Shown here piece after piece: positions 1 through 12,969 of a stretch of 64,000 bases of DNA. Under the pieces are notes generated by a model that did no database searches, was not told the DNA's origin, and was given only the letters and a program-made list of their open reading frames with translations. The position numbers and the translations under genes were made by a program. The DNA lies in the NCBI GenBank assembly GCA_964016885.1, contig OZ024741.1:41602001-41666000 (forward strand), read 5' to 3'. The DNA is from Eledone cirrhosa. Taxonomy: Eukaryota. The stretch's first letter is position 1, and the number at the start of each line of letters is the position of its first letter.

Positions 1-428
1 CTTCCACCCCTTTCTCTCTCTCCTAAACATCCTCTCTCACTCTTCCACCCCTTTCTCTCTCTCCTAAACATCTCTCACTCTTCCACCCCTTTCTTCTCTC
101 TCATAAACATTCTCTCTCACTCTTCCACCCCTTTCTCCCTCTCATAAACGTCCTCTCTCTCTTCCACCCCTTTCTACCTCTCATAAACATCCTCTCTCAC
201 TCTTCCACCCCTTTCTCCCTCTCATAAACATCCTCTCTCACTCTTCCACCCCTTTCTCCCTCTCCTAAACATCCTCTCCCACTCTTCCACCCTTTCTCTC
301 CCTCCTAAACGTCCTCTCTCACTCTTCCACCCCTTTCTCTCCCTCCTAAACGTCCTCTCTCACTCTTCCACCCATTTCTCCCTCTCATAAACATCCTCTC
401 TCACTCTTCCACCTCTTTCTCTCTCTCA
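1..428. repeat. Pyrimidine-rich minisatellite, ~41-bp unit (CACTCTTCCACCCCTTTCTCTCTCTCCTAAACATCCTCTCT), ~10 copies, continuing off the window start
   Basis: Unit is directly visible and repeated with minor variants. Confidence 0.95.
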
Positions 429-433
429 TGCTA

Positions 434-489
434 TTTCCTGATGAAGGACTAACATCTAAAACAATACAACTCTTTTCCTAATATTTCAA

Positions 490-492
<3 letters not shown>
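434..492 (+). ncRNA. Degenerate minimal hammerhead ribozyme / Penelope-like pLTR end
   Basis: CTGATGAAGGACTAACATCT-AAAAC followed by TCTTTTCCTAATATTTCAAGTG. Same family as the intact motif at 3583-3616 (-), but G12 and helix II are mutated. Confidence 0.5.
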
Positions 493-1778
<1,286 letters not shown>

Positions 1779-1829
1779 GAGAGACGTAAAATAAGAAAAT
1801 TATAAAATTAACTTACTTACTAAAAAATC

Positions 1830-1912
1830 ACTTCCAACTAATTTATTTCTGGAATGGAGTAAATATATTTTCTGAAGAAACACATGGAAAATCATTCCGT
1901 CATCAGGAAAGT
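1830..1912 (-). ncRNA. Hammerhead ribozyme-like motif with extended loop II
   Basis: Minus strand reads ACTTTC-CTGATGA-CGGAATG...(36 nt)...CATTCCA-GAAAT-AAATTA-GTT-GGAAGT. Helix I is ACTTTC/GGAAGT and helix II is GGAATG/CATTCC. Confidence 0.55.
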
Positions 1913-2070
1913 CTTTTTCCGTATAGGTCTCCAGGCATAGCGAGGACACTGGAATGTTCTGCAACCCCATGCATTGAACCACATTGTTATTAAGACAAAA
2001 CCTATATATTTGCTAGCATTGATATGCATCTGTGTGTATATAGATGTTACTAGATATAAATTCCTTATAT

Positions 2071-2102
<32 letters not shown>

Positions 2103-2223
2103 ATATATATTATATATTATATATATATTATATATATATTATATATATATATATTATATATATATATATATTATATATATATATTATATATATATATATT
2201 ATATATATATATATATATTATAT

Positions 2224-2416
2224 ATAGGAACAAGTATGACCCCGATGGCAGAGCTCAAGTCGTTTCGACGGCTAATTCAGTCCAGAATTAGCCGTCGAAA
2301 CGGCTTGAGCTCTGACGTTTGGGGTCATACTTGTTCCTATTACCCACTCTACTACCCTAAGTATTGAGTACTTTGGTGCATTATGGTCCATCTGGTTCCT
2401 TACCACATTTCCTTCG

Positions 2417-2420
<4 letters not shown>
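2224..2420 (-). mobile_element. Fold-back (snap-back) element in (TA)n, related to 11156-11310 and 11507-11650
   Basis: ~55-bp arms 2224-2278 and 2285-2340. The tail TTACCCACTCTACTACCC...GGTGCATTATGGTCCA..TGGTTCCTTACCACATTTCCTTC is shared with 11231-11310. Confidence 0.75.
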
Positions 2421-2470
<50 letters not shown>

Positions 2471-2482
2471 AATATAGTAAGA

Positions 2483-3163
2483 TAGGCGAGCGGCAAAGCA
2501 TAAATGACCTAAGTGAGAAATTAGGAATAAGAGGTATCAGATGCTGTTTACTCGAGAGAAGACTACGTTGGTATGGTCACGTGATGCGCATGAAAGACGA
2601 CAGCTGTATAAAAAAGTGCAGGGCCATCAAAATAGACGGTAGCTACAGAGTAGGCAGACCCAGAAAAACCTGGGACGACTTGATAAATTCCGACCTCACA
2701 CACTTACACCTCTCCAAGACAATGTCACTAGAACGAGATCTTTGGCACTACGCAGTAATACAGAAGACCCGCCTTGCCTAAGTACAAAGCGAAACCTACA
2801 GTCAGCAGGCACGTCTTAACAAAAATACACCCCCATCCCACTACGCCTACCCCCACCGCCATCTACACCACCCCTTTCGATGTAAAGCTATGTTGGTACC
2901 ACAACACCCAGTCCTAAATAAATGAGGTCGTGTAGGTGTCACGACAAAAAAACACATAGTCCACGCTGTAAGTGGCTGTGTAAGTAACACAGTAAAAACC
3001 TCCCAGTCCACACTGTAAATGTGGTTGGTGTTAGGAAGGGCATCCAGCTGTAGAAAACCCGCCAGACAGTCCTGAGCAAGACAACCAATCTTGCCTCAAG
3101 TGGGACAACTCCCGTCCAGACCCATGCTAGCATGGAAGATGGACATTAAACGATGATGATGAT
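2483..3163 (+). mobile_element. RTE-clade LINE, 5'-truncated (RT C-terminus, 3'UTR, (GAT)n tail)
   Basis: RRLRWYGHVMRM...GRPRKTW motif; highly similar to 24868-25527 and 39183-40325. Confidence 0.92.
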
Positions 3164-3582
3164 ATATACACACATATATAAATACATATATATATGTATA
3201 CACACACTCACACACACACACATATGTATATACTGAGAATGACAGGTGCAGCTGCATACATCTGAACAGTGCATACTTTGCAAAAACTAAATTAAGTCTG
3301 GTTGATTATAGTATGCAATTTACCATAACCCACATGCAGCTCCATTATATATAATGTATATGGTGGGCACTCAGAGACAGTTTTGTACATTCCCACATTC
3401 AAATCTTATATCTCATTGAGCAATGTACTAGCCAGTGATAAACGGATCTCTATTCCATTGACTTTCTTGTCAAATATGTGTGAGTGTGTATGTGATGTAA
3501 AAAGTAAACACAAATAACAAAGCAAACCACACAGTACATTGAAGAAATATATTAGTTTAACACTTGAAATAACAGGAAAAGA

Positions 3583-3616
3583 CTTAACGTTTCGGACACT
3601 AGTCCTTCATCAGAAG
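3583..3616 (-). ncRNA. Minimal hammerhead ribozyme (Penelope-type)
   Basis: Minus strand reads CTT-CTGATGA-A-GGAC-TAGT-GTCC-GAAACGTT-AAG. Core is intact, helix II is 4 bp, and helix III is the palindrome ACGT. Confidence 0.75.
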
Positions 3617-4055
3617 ATAGAGTTAGAAATAAAAGATAAGATAGTAAGATAAAGAGTAAGAAGTGGAAGGAACAGAAAAATGAGAAAAAAACACACGTGT
3701 GTATTCAGTCGGCCATTTTGGAGATTACACACACACACACATATATATATTTCTTTCTTTCTTATCTTTTTTTCACATCTCTAAGTAAATCTAGTTGTAT
3801 GATTTTCTTTTATATTATTTTTAAACTGTATTGGAAAAAATATATATACATATGTATATATTTATGTTTGTGTGTATAAATATACATGCATGTGTGTGTT
3901 TATGCATATTTGATACAACTATGTAGTTACTTTATACATATGTTATTATATATATATATATATATATATATACTACCAAGCCAGCCTCCTATCTTAATGG
4001 TCGCTTATATTTATGGTACGTCAAAATTATTCATAAAACTGTTTATATATTGTAT

Positions 4056-4101
4056 TTTATCTGACGAAGGCATGCCATATTTTTAATATGGTATCCCTGA
4101 A
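4056..4101 (+). ncRNA. Hammerhead-like motif, probably degenerate
   Basis: CTGACGA-AGGCATGCCATAT-TTTTA-ATATGGTATCCCT-GAAA-TATGTA. Helix II is long, helices I and III are poor, and AATAAA follows. Confidence 0.5.
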
Positions 4102-4246
4102 ATATGTATAATGAAATAAATATGGTTTTATAAATATAGTTTCCATTTGTTTAATATCGTATATCTACTCCAAAAACTTGTCGAGTGCTTTATATCGGTT
4201 ATAAAATATTTACTTGTTGTAACCCAACAATTTTAAATAAAACTTT

Positions 4247-4300
<54 letters not shown>

Positions 4301-4479
4301 TATACATGTGTGTGTGTGTGTGTGTGCATGTGTGTATAGTAATATCCATAGATGTGAAAAAGAAAGCTGTGCTCAATAATTATATTTATTTATGTTCATA
4401 CATAAATTTGTATTAGCACCTGAAGGTCGTCACTATTTTGATGCCTCGTAATCCAAAAAATATGTATAAATAGACAAAT

Positions 4480-4688
4480 ACCTTAAAGTGGTCATGTAGG
4501 AGACATGGTAAAAAGGCTCCCTGTGTACACTATAAATATGGTTGGTGTTAGGAAGGGCATCAAGTCGTACAAAACCTGACAGAGACAGTTCTGTACAAGC
4601 GAGACAGTCTCCTGACCAATCTTGCCTCAAATGGGACAAAACCATCTAATCCATGCTAGCGTGGAAGATGGATTTTAAACGATGATAA
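4480..4688 (+). mobile_element. RTE-type 3' tail fragment
   Basis: GGTTGGTGTTAGGAAGGGCATC...CCATGCTAGCGTGGAAGATGGA...GATGAT matches the 3' end of 2483-3163. Confidence 0.8.
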
Positions 4689-4724
4689 TATATGTATATA
4701 TATATACACACATACATGTGTGTG

Positions 4725-4900
4725 TGTCTCAAACACACACTTCCTGCAGTCTCTATCTACCAAATGTTCTAAGAAGGTATTAACCAGCCTGAGGTTATAG
4801 TGGCAGATACTTGCCAAAGAAAATTAAATGCAGTGGTATTGAACCCAAACTCGCAAGACTAAAAACAAACTTCTTAACTAATCAGGAACCATGCCTGCAC
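4725..4900 (-). mobile_element. Degenerate tRNA-derived SINE
   Basis: Minus-strand A/B-box-like head and CORE-like segment; similar to 28300-28420. Confidence 0.55.
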
Positions 4901-5350
4901 GAAGTAAAACATTAGCAAAAAGAAATTGGCAGAGCTCTAAAAATGTACCCAATCCCCGCAAGAATTTTATCGTAGGTATTTAAAAGTAGAATTTTAAAGT
5001 AGAGTTTTGTTTTCCTTATAAAAGTTTGACAGAATGAAGAAATCTCCAGAGATATTTTCTGCACATTTTGAAAAATGTACTTTAGAATAGAAATTCAAAT
5101 TAGAATTATTGTATTCCTAAAGCAATACTTTCTTTACAGTTTTACATTTTTCATATTATTTAAAATAGAAAAAGAACCGTTATTTATTTATGTATTTATT
5201 TATTATATATTCATATTTATATATTCTAAATTTGTAATCAATTCCTTTGGCATTATTTCTTAATTTATGAAAAAAATACATACATATTATCTTTAACCTA
5301 TGAAACAAACATACTTTGTATAAAATATTTCTACTTATGTTCTATATATA

Positions 5351-5999
5351 CTAGCTGAATTACCCGCGCCTTGCTGTGTTTCACACATTTTTTTTGTAAG
5401 AAAATGATGATTGATTTTAAATCAGTGATATAATTTATGGAGAAAAACTCTGCATTTCAATATTACTCAATGTAAAATGTAATGCACGAAAAATTGGAAA
5501 ACATATTTTGTAATATATCAAATCAAAATTACATTATTAAATTCTTATTTTGTTTCTTGTAAATAATTTTTTTCAAAATATCAATTCACAACTTTTGTGA
5601 ATAGGCATCATATCTTGTCATTTACCTATGGTTTAAATTACATATAAATCGAAGGGAAAACATTTTCACCGGAGGTTTGTACCTCCGGGGAACCCTCATA
5701 GTAGGTTTAACCCCCATTAGGGTGTCTTAATATTAATGAAATTTGCTGAGATTTTGTGAATAGGCATCATATCTTGTCATTCACCTATGGTTTAAATTTC
5801 ATATAAATCGAAGGGAAAACATTTTCAACGTAGGTTTTGACTCCCCGGGGAATCCTTTGATTAAAATGAAATATACTTATGCAAGTACCCTGGGCAATGT
5901 AGTTTCAGAATATATATAGTTATGGGGGTCTATCTCCAAAATCATAGGAGTAGTTCGTGAACAAACAAACAGACAGGAATACAACTTTATATATATCGA
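5351..5999 (-). mobile_element. Non-autonomous Helitron
   Basis: Minus strand starts A|TCGATATATATAAAG followed by GTCT/GTTT repeats, and ends with a GC-rich hairpin remnant then CTAG|T. Internal ~100-bp direct repeat at ~5592-5690 and ~5752-5850. Confidence 0.75.
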
Positions 6000-6277
6000 T
6001 TTACATCTATGTATACATATATGTATATATATATATATATGTAAAAGTAATAACAAAACAAAACAAGTGACCTAGTGTATGAAAGAAATATATTAGTTTA
6101 TCGTCTTAAACATCCTATCAACTCCAATGGCCAGAATTAATATGGTCAAGGAAAAGAGTCAATCCTCAGTTTTTCCATTAGCTGGTCAGAATTATTGACA
6201 AGTATACACCTAGCCAGATTAGATACCACAAAGCATCATGCCCAACTCATTAACAATTCTACTAATGCACCACCCCT

Positions 6278-6860
6278 GGACTGGTACTTTATTTATCAAC
6301 CCACAAAAGGATGAAAGGCAAAGTTGACCTTGGCAGAGATTCAGAACAAATACTGAGGCATTTAATTTGGGGATCTGCTAATTCATCACATAAATTGATA
6401 TGGAATGGCTGCCAAATTACAAATAATAATAATAATTGTTTCTACTTTAGGCCCAAGGCCAGCAATTACCCAGTGCATTACTGGCACTTTATTTTATCGA
6501 CCCCGTAAGGCAAAGTCAATAATAATAATGGTTTCTGATTTAGCACAAGGCCAGCAATTTTGGGGGAGGGGAAAGTCAATTAAATCGACCCCAGTGCGTG
6601 ACTGGTACTTTATTTTATTGACCTGGTAAGGATGAAAGGCAAAGTTAACCTCGGCGGGATTTGAACTCAGATTATAAAGGGCCATAAATCTGTCCTGCAA
6701 AGCATGACATCCGACCCTCTACTGATACTGCCAATCCACTGCTATAATAATAATAATAATTGTTTCTACTTTTGGCACAAGGCCAGAAATTACCCAGTAT
6801 ATTACTGGTACTTTATTTTATCGACCCTGCAAGGATGAAAGGCAAAGTTAACCTTGGTAT
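6278..6860 (-). mobile_element. Cluster of tRNA-derived SINE copies and fragments (family A)
   Basis: Repeated CTGGTACTTTATTTTATCGACCCCGTAAGGATGAAAGGCAAAGTTAACCTCGGCGGGATTTGAACTCAGA; B-box GTTCAAATCC on the minus strand; (TAA)n tails. Confidence 0.9.
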
Positions 6861-7179
6861 AATAATAATAATAATAAAACGTTGCAAAGAAATTTACTGA
6901 TGATTATGTCCTCATGGCATCATCCATATGACAATTGGTTGTAAAATGTGTATATTATCAAATTTTGCCTCAGGTGTCGGGTTGACATTTGGCATGGTTT
7001 GGCAAAGAAGCAGAATTCAAAGGATGTTTCAAATAATAATAATAACCCCATTATCTCTGGCTGTCTAGTCTTAGCCAAAAGGAATATATTCACGGACCTG
7101 ATAGACTTGGGATTTACATACATTGGAAGTTATGACAACATTATGAAATACAACCAGAAAAAAATGGTACAGATTCACA

Positions 7180-7880
7180 CTAATTGATGTATCAATCCCC
7201 ACAGATGACAATATATCTACTGAGGAAATGGAGAAATTATCCAAATAAAAAGATAGAAATAACCTGAATGTGGATGATGAAGACAGAAGCAATACCTATA
7301 ATAATAGGTTCTCTGGGAATGATAAAGATAACACAGACATATGTCGCTGTGGAACCACTGTGGACTCTTTCGACCTCCACCCGCTTTCCTGTTGCCACAG
7401 TGCTGCCTGACATCCACACCATGCTGCTCTCAACGAGCTCATAAAGCATGGCTTGGATGCTGCAGGCTTCCCCTCCCAGCTCGAGCCGGTGGGGCTGGAC
7501 TGAGGGGACAGCAAAAGGCCAGATTGTATGACCATCTTCCCATTCCGCGGTGGCAAACACCTCATCTGGGATGCCACTTGCAGCGACACTTTCTCCAGCC
7601 ACGAACTGGTGCAGTCTGAGACTAACCCAGGTTCTGCTACAGGTCGGGCTGAGGAGACCAAACTCTCCAAGTACCGGTTGCTCTCCGACAGGTTTGCGGT
7701 TGTGACCTTGGCAGTTGAGACTTCTGGTGTCCTCGGCCCTAGGGCAACCTCCCTACTCACCACCATAGGTGCACAGACATATATATAACAAAAACCCCAG
7801 GACTTACAAATATATATAGCATACAAAAAATAGCTCTACTGGGTACTGCACATATATTATGAAGAGTACTCTCAATATAA
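7180..7880 (+). mobile_element. R4/Dong-clade LINE C-terminal fragment (restriction-like endonuclease), split by a CRE-clade fragment
   Basis: DVSIPTDDNISTEEMEKLSK*...MWMMKTEAIPIIIGSLGMIK, then after the insertion TKTPGLTNIYSIQKIALLGTAHIL*RVLSI*. Confidence 0.8.
7343..7771 (+). mobile_element. CRE-clade LINE fragment (zinc knuckle and RLE)
   Basis: HPLSCCH...LNELIKHGLDAAGFPSQLEPVGL..KRPD.MTIFPFRGGKHLIWDATCSDT...AEETKLSKY...AVETSGVLG; flanked by the 11-bp direct repeat CACAGACATAT. Confidence 0.85.
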
Positions 7881-8627
7881 TAAAAACAACATCATTAAAA
7901 ACCTCACTACTCAGTAATACAGTGATGATGCACAATAAGAATAAGATTAATTATGATGATGATGAGAAGGATGATGATGATGATGAACACAACAGTCCAG
8001 CATAAAAGCTATTCAGGAATTGATTAGCATTATATCCCAGAACACAGTGGTATCTGTAAAATTTATAAATTTATCCTTATCTTAGCTAACATTATAGAGA
8101 AATATCAGAAATGAAAATTGACCTTGTGCAGTCCCTGTGACTTGTCAAAAGATTAACTAACTTGATGCTTCACATAAACTGGCTGTTTGACAGGACATGA
8201 CAAACATGCTGTTTAAAGTTCTTAATACAAATGAAAGACAAAAGACCCCACCTCAACTCTCCACTACTACATGATATTTAAACATTTTCTTGTTCATAAA
8301 AATGTTTAACCCTTTCATTACCATATTTCTAATGAAAGACACTGCCAATAATGTACAAATAATTTTGTAACTAATCAAAAGTTTAGAAAAAAATAACCAA
8401 ACTTTCTCATAATTGAACTGATGTTTGGAAGAAGTTAGAGGTTCTTGCATAAAATTATGATGGATTGTTTTCATATAATTATAAACACTTTAACCATTTT
8501 GCTACCAAACTACCTGAAGCAAGTACCCTCAAGTTTTACAATACTAGGCTGTTTATTTTAAAGTGATTATATTGATAAGAAGATATGAAATTCGAAGGCT
8601 GCGACAATGTGAAAGATGTGATATGAT

Positions 8628-8850
8628 TTAATCCTTTAGCATTTAAACTGATCATATCCAGCCAGAATTCTTTCTCCTCTTTGTTCACACCAGCCGTAAC
8701 TAGCCACTCATACTGACATTAAGGTATTGTTCTCAAAATAAATAATATCAAAATCTCATTAGATATTATGTGAGATAATTATGTAAGATAAAGCCTTTAC
8801 TAAGAAAATACAATAGCATATATTGAGTAATATAAATGCTAAAGGGCTAA
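8628..8850. mobile_element. piggyBac-type MITE (family P1)
   Basis: TTAA-TCCTTTAGCATTTA...TAAATGCTAAAGGG-CTAA; homologous to 16863-17078 and 22413-22642. Confidence 0.75.
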
Positions 8851-9904
8851 GATAAAAGAAGGTAACAAAGCAGATAAAATCTCATTAGAAGTCTAAAACC
8901 TTGGAAAATAGAGAAAAGGTTTTAGCTTGTATGTGCCATCCTTTCTTTCTCTTTATTGAGTTACTAGCTGAAAGTGATAGTAGGAGATATGAGAAGTGTT
9001 AACGTCCTTGTGAGTGAGTGCAGGTATTTTGAATTTAATAGTGTATTTATTAATTTACTTACTTTATTTTATATATTTTTAAGTATCATATTTATCTAAA
9101 AACCTTCCATCATAATTTTATGTAAGAACATTTGTTACATTATACTCCAAACACCAACTTAATAATGAGAAACTTAGTTATATTGCTATATCCCTTAAAT
9201 TCTGGATTATGTTCAACTATTTGAAAATTATAGACAGCGTCTTTCATTAAAATAAAGTTTTGTGTCAGAGAACAAGGTATCATTTCATGTAGTTTGGTAT
9301 CAAAGAGATTAAAGGAAGGAAAAAAAAAAGGTTAAAAGATATAGTCATCTTCTCATATATAAAATTTTAGGTGAAAAAAATATATCCACAAATAACCAAA
9401 ATTTCAATTATATGAATAATTATCAGGAATTTCAGTGCAAGACAAAATATTCTTAGACTAGTTTACTTTTAATGAATGAATATGATTAATTTGAAAATGA
9501 TGAAATTCAAAATGTTCTCTTCTTCACAACCATAAAATGTAATTAATTATATAGCTTTACTGAGAGCAAACAAACATATAAATAAATAAATAAATAATCT
9601 ATAGTAACCAGGATTCTAAATAATGAAAAAATTCTTGCAAGAATTAAATAGAGAAAAAAAAACAACTCAAAAGTATAAGATTATTGTATATGAATTTTTT
9701 GATTTTAGATTAAATATTTTTAACACACATACACATGAACTAATATGCAATTTATATGGATGGCTTTTTAAATGTATGTCTGGTATAAGAAGCCACATAA
9801 GATCGTATGCAAGAACTCAACATCATGTACACTGGCTTTGTAATGAGCAGACAACCAGTATATATTGTTAACTTTTGTTCAATGTATAAGTCTTTTCTAA
9901 GCTG

Positions 9905-10272
9905 AAGGTTTATAGAGCTGGTGCTTATCCCTGGTTTCCTTGGCACTAAGCAACTGAGAGTAAAAGACTCTCTCTGGACAGGGCGGTGGTCTATCGCAAG
10001 ATTAATCTTTAGCATGCAGAATTGTTTTATGAATTGCTTCCCTTCACACACTATTATGTATTAAGAGGAAATTATTTTATTGGCAAGATAAGGCACCTAG
10101 AGCACGTTAAAGGTTAACTCCCACCTACTGCTGGTACTCACTGTTAACTGAGTGTACTGAAGCAACATGAAATAAAGTATTTTGCTCAAGAACACTACAC
10201 AGACCAGAAATCTAACCCTCGACATTATGATCGTACGTCAAACCTCCTTTCCATTAGGCCATGTAGCTTCAC
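9905..10272 (-). mobile_element. Degenerate CORE-type tRNA SINE
   Basis: GAGCAACATGAAATAAAGTATTTTGCTCAAGAACAC segment shared with family B SINEs. Confidence 0.65.
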
Positions 10273-11030
10273 TTTGTTCAGTGAATATGTTTATGCATAA
10301 AATAATTTAGCAATCTACAATGTGATTAGTGCAACACTAGACAAAGAACATGCACAAAGAATGCATGAAAATCAATGTGCACAGCACACAGAATTGCGGA
10401 AGACAGTAGAGAAGTTAAGTACAATCTATTTAGTGCTTCCAAAGCATTAAATATTAGCAATTACAGGTAGTAAATTAATGGTGGATTCTAATGTTTTTGA
10501 ACTTAAAGCACACCGTAAGCAGAAATAGATTTACTGTAAATCTCGGCCAATTTTTTTTTTTTTTTTTTTCAATTTTAAATAGTAAGATGTTAACTAAGTT
10601 AGCCAATATAAAGAGATTAAGAAATTCCCAGTTTTGCAACTGGTACAGACTTGTAGTTTCTTGATTAAATAATGCATTACAGGCCAACAGATATATTCAA
10701 TAAAATGTGTTAATAACAGAACCAGCATATATGCATATAAAGATGCATGTGCATGCACTAAATATTCTTTTTAGTTATGAAAAATATGTTGTCCAGGCAT
10801 GCATGCATGTAAACATTAATAAAAAGTGATGTTACATTTGGCAAAATACATCTATAAGTGAAGGTACGGCTGCATGATTAAGAAGTTTGCCTCACAGTCA
10901 TGTGATTTCAGGTTCAATCCTATTGTGCAACACTTTAAACATGTGTTTTCTTATATACTGTCGTCCTTGTAAATAAAACCAATAGATGGAACTTGCAAAG
11001 AGCTTGCCATATATATATATTCCTTCCCAC

Positions 11031-11071
11031 TTTTCTCCTGATGAAGGGCTTATGCCCAAAACTTCGTCCCC
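11031..11071 (+). ncRNA. Degenerate minimal hammerhead
   Basis: CTGATGA-A-GGGC-TTAT-GCCC-AAAAC-TTC-GTC. G12 is mutated to A (consistent with CpG decay) and helix I is absent. Confidence 0.5.
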
Positions 11072-11155
11072 CGCCCCCCACTCTCAAGTGTGAACCTAAT
11101 ACTAACACTTTGTACTGCACTCTTAGTTATTGTTTTTGTTTTAACACACACATAT

Positions 11156-11310
11156 ATAGGAAAAGAGTCAGGACCCCGATGGCTGAGCTCCGGCAGTTTC
11201 GGTCCCGTCAGAGTCCCGACTCTTTTCCTATTACCCACTCTACTACCCAAAGTATCGAGTACTATGGTGCATTATGGTCCACCTGGTTCCTTACCACATT
11301 TCCTTCATTA
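11156..11310 (-). mobile_element. Second fold-back element of the 2224-2420 family
   Basis: ATAGGAAAAGAGTCAGGAC...GTCCCGACTCTTTTCCTAT arms; shared tail; flanked by (TA)n. Confidence 0.75.
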
Positions 11311-11466
11311 TATATATATATAAATATATATTAATCAAAATATATATTTTATTATACATAATTCAAAGGTACAATGGTGTTTAAGTACGTTTTCATCAGA
11401 CAAAATATAAGATTTGATATGCGACATACCGCTACGGTTTTGATTACTCAATTCCAGTATTGGCAG

Positions 11467-11503
<37 letters not shown>

Positions 11504-11506
11504 TAT

Positions 11507-11650
11507 TAGGATAGAACCAGTTTAAAGATAGTTACACCATTATTTAACAGAATACTTGATACTTTGGGTAGTATAGTATGGATATATTATAAAGAGTTGG
11601 GATCCAATGGCTGAGCTCTTGCGATTTCAACAGCTAGTTCAGGATTGCAG
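11507..11650 (+). mobile_element. Third, non-folded relative of the same family
   Basis: TACTTGATACTTTGGGTAGTATAGT...AAAGAGTTGGGATCCAATGGCTGAGCTC is collinear with the minus-strand arm of the two fold-backs. Confidence 0.6.
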
Positions 11651-11673
11651 TATAGAGTTAAAGAAGACTGCAT

Positions 11674-11897
11674 AAATGTGTATATAAATTTATACACTGA
11701 GTATGTAAACATGTAAATGTGCCAGACATAAGTATTTTCCTATAAGTTGAAAAATATGTTAAATACCTTGAATTGATTTTCAAACCTTTTGGAAATCGAT
11801 TCAAGGAATTTTATCACTTTTTCAATTCATAGGGAAATATGTAAATCTGGCATATTTACATGTCTACAAAATGTGTAAATTTATGTACACAATTTAC
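11674..11897. mobile_element. Near-palindromic hairpin MITE
   Basis: ~110-bp imperfect arms, e.g. CATGTAAATGTGCCAGA/TCTGGCATATTTACATG and CCTTGAATTGATTT/AAATCGATTCAAGG. Confidence 0.75.
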
Positions 11898-11963
11898 TTA
11901 TGTATACACATAAATTTATTTTCTAATTCAGCTGCTTATTGCACAGTTTTATATATGTGTGTA

Positions 11964-11999
<36 letters not shown>

Positions 12000-12059
12000 T
12001 CCCAGATTCAATCGGGGTAACTACAGTAAGTAAGGTACACAATACATTAGTACAGTGTA

Positions 12060-12091
12060 GAAATCATCAGGAAAGCTTTCCTGATGATTTC
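12060..12091. repeat. Perfect 32-bp palindrome containing the hammerhead CTGATGA box
   Basis: GAAATCATCAGGAAAG|CTTTCCTGATGATTTC, followed by CTTTGAAT-GAAAC. Confidence 0.9.
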
Positions 12092-12164
12092 CTTTGAATG
12101 AAACAGTTCTAGTCCTGTAGAAGCCATTTCTATATTAAACATGATATATATACATATATATGTT

Positions 12165-12492
<328 letters not shown>

Positions 12493-12561
12493 TTGAGGTT
12501 GGTAATGGCACATGGAATATATAAGAGACAGAATACTTTTTTGTGAAAAAACATATAATTT

Positions 12562-12619
12562 TATAAGGTAAGGAAATAATAAAGGGTATATATACCCTTT
12601 ATTATTTCCTTACCTTATA
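12562..12619. repeat. Perfect 58-bp palindrome at the 5' junction of the Penelope fragment
   Basis: TATAAGGTAAGGAAATAATAAAGGGTATA|TATACCCTTTATTATTTCCTTACCTTATA. Confidence 0.95.
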
Positions 12620-12969
12620 TTGATACGGGTAACTCCACCTGGAATTACATAGGATCCACCGCGGGTTCTTTTAAAAAAAGATGGTATGTGCACAGACACT
12701 CAATGAAAAATCGTGCACTTATGGGTTCCACAACCCTCGCCAAAAAAATATGGGAACTGAAGGACAGCAGCACTAACTACAGTATCAACTGGTCGAAGTT
12801 GTCGGCTGCTAAAACCTATAGTACAGGGATGTCCCACTGCGGGCTATGTGATCTTGAGCTATTGTATATCCTCAAAAATGTAAAAAGGCTACTTAACAAT
12901 AAGTTAGAAAGATCTATCTTCTGCAGACATAGAATTGCCACTAAATTCATAAGATTCAAACCTCCGTGA
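12619..12969 (+). pseudogene. GIY-YIG endonuclease C-terminal part of a 5'-truncated Penelope-like element
   Basis: In frame upstream of ORF 12688: IDTGNSTWNYIGSTAGSFKKRWYVHRHS...STTLAKKIWELK...INW...CGLCDLE...LLNNKLE...CRH. This has the YIG motif, catalytic R, and the CxxC and CRH motifs typical of PLE endonucleases. Confidence 0.88.
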
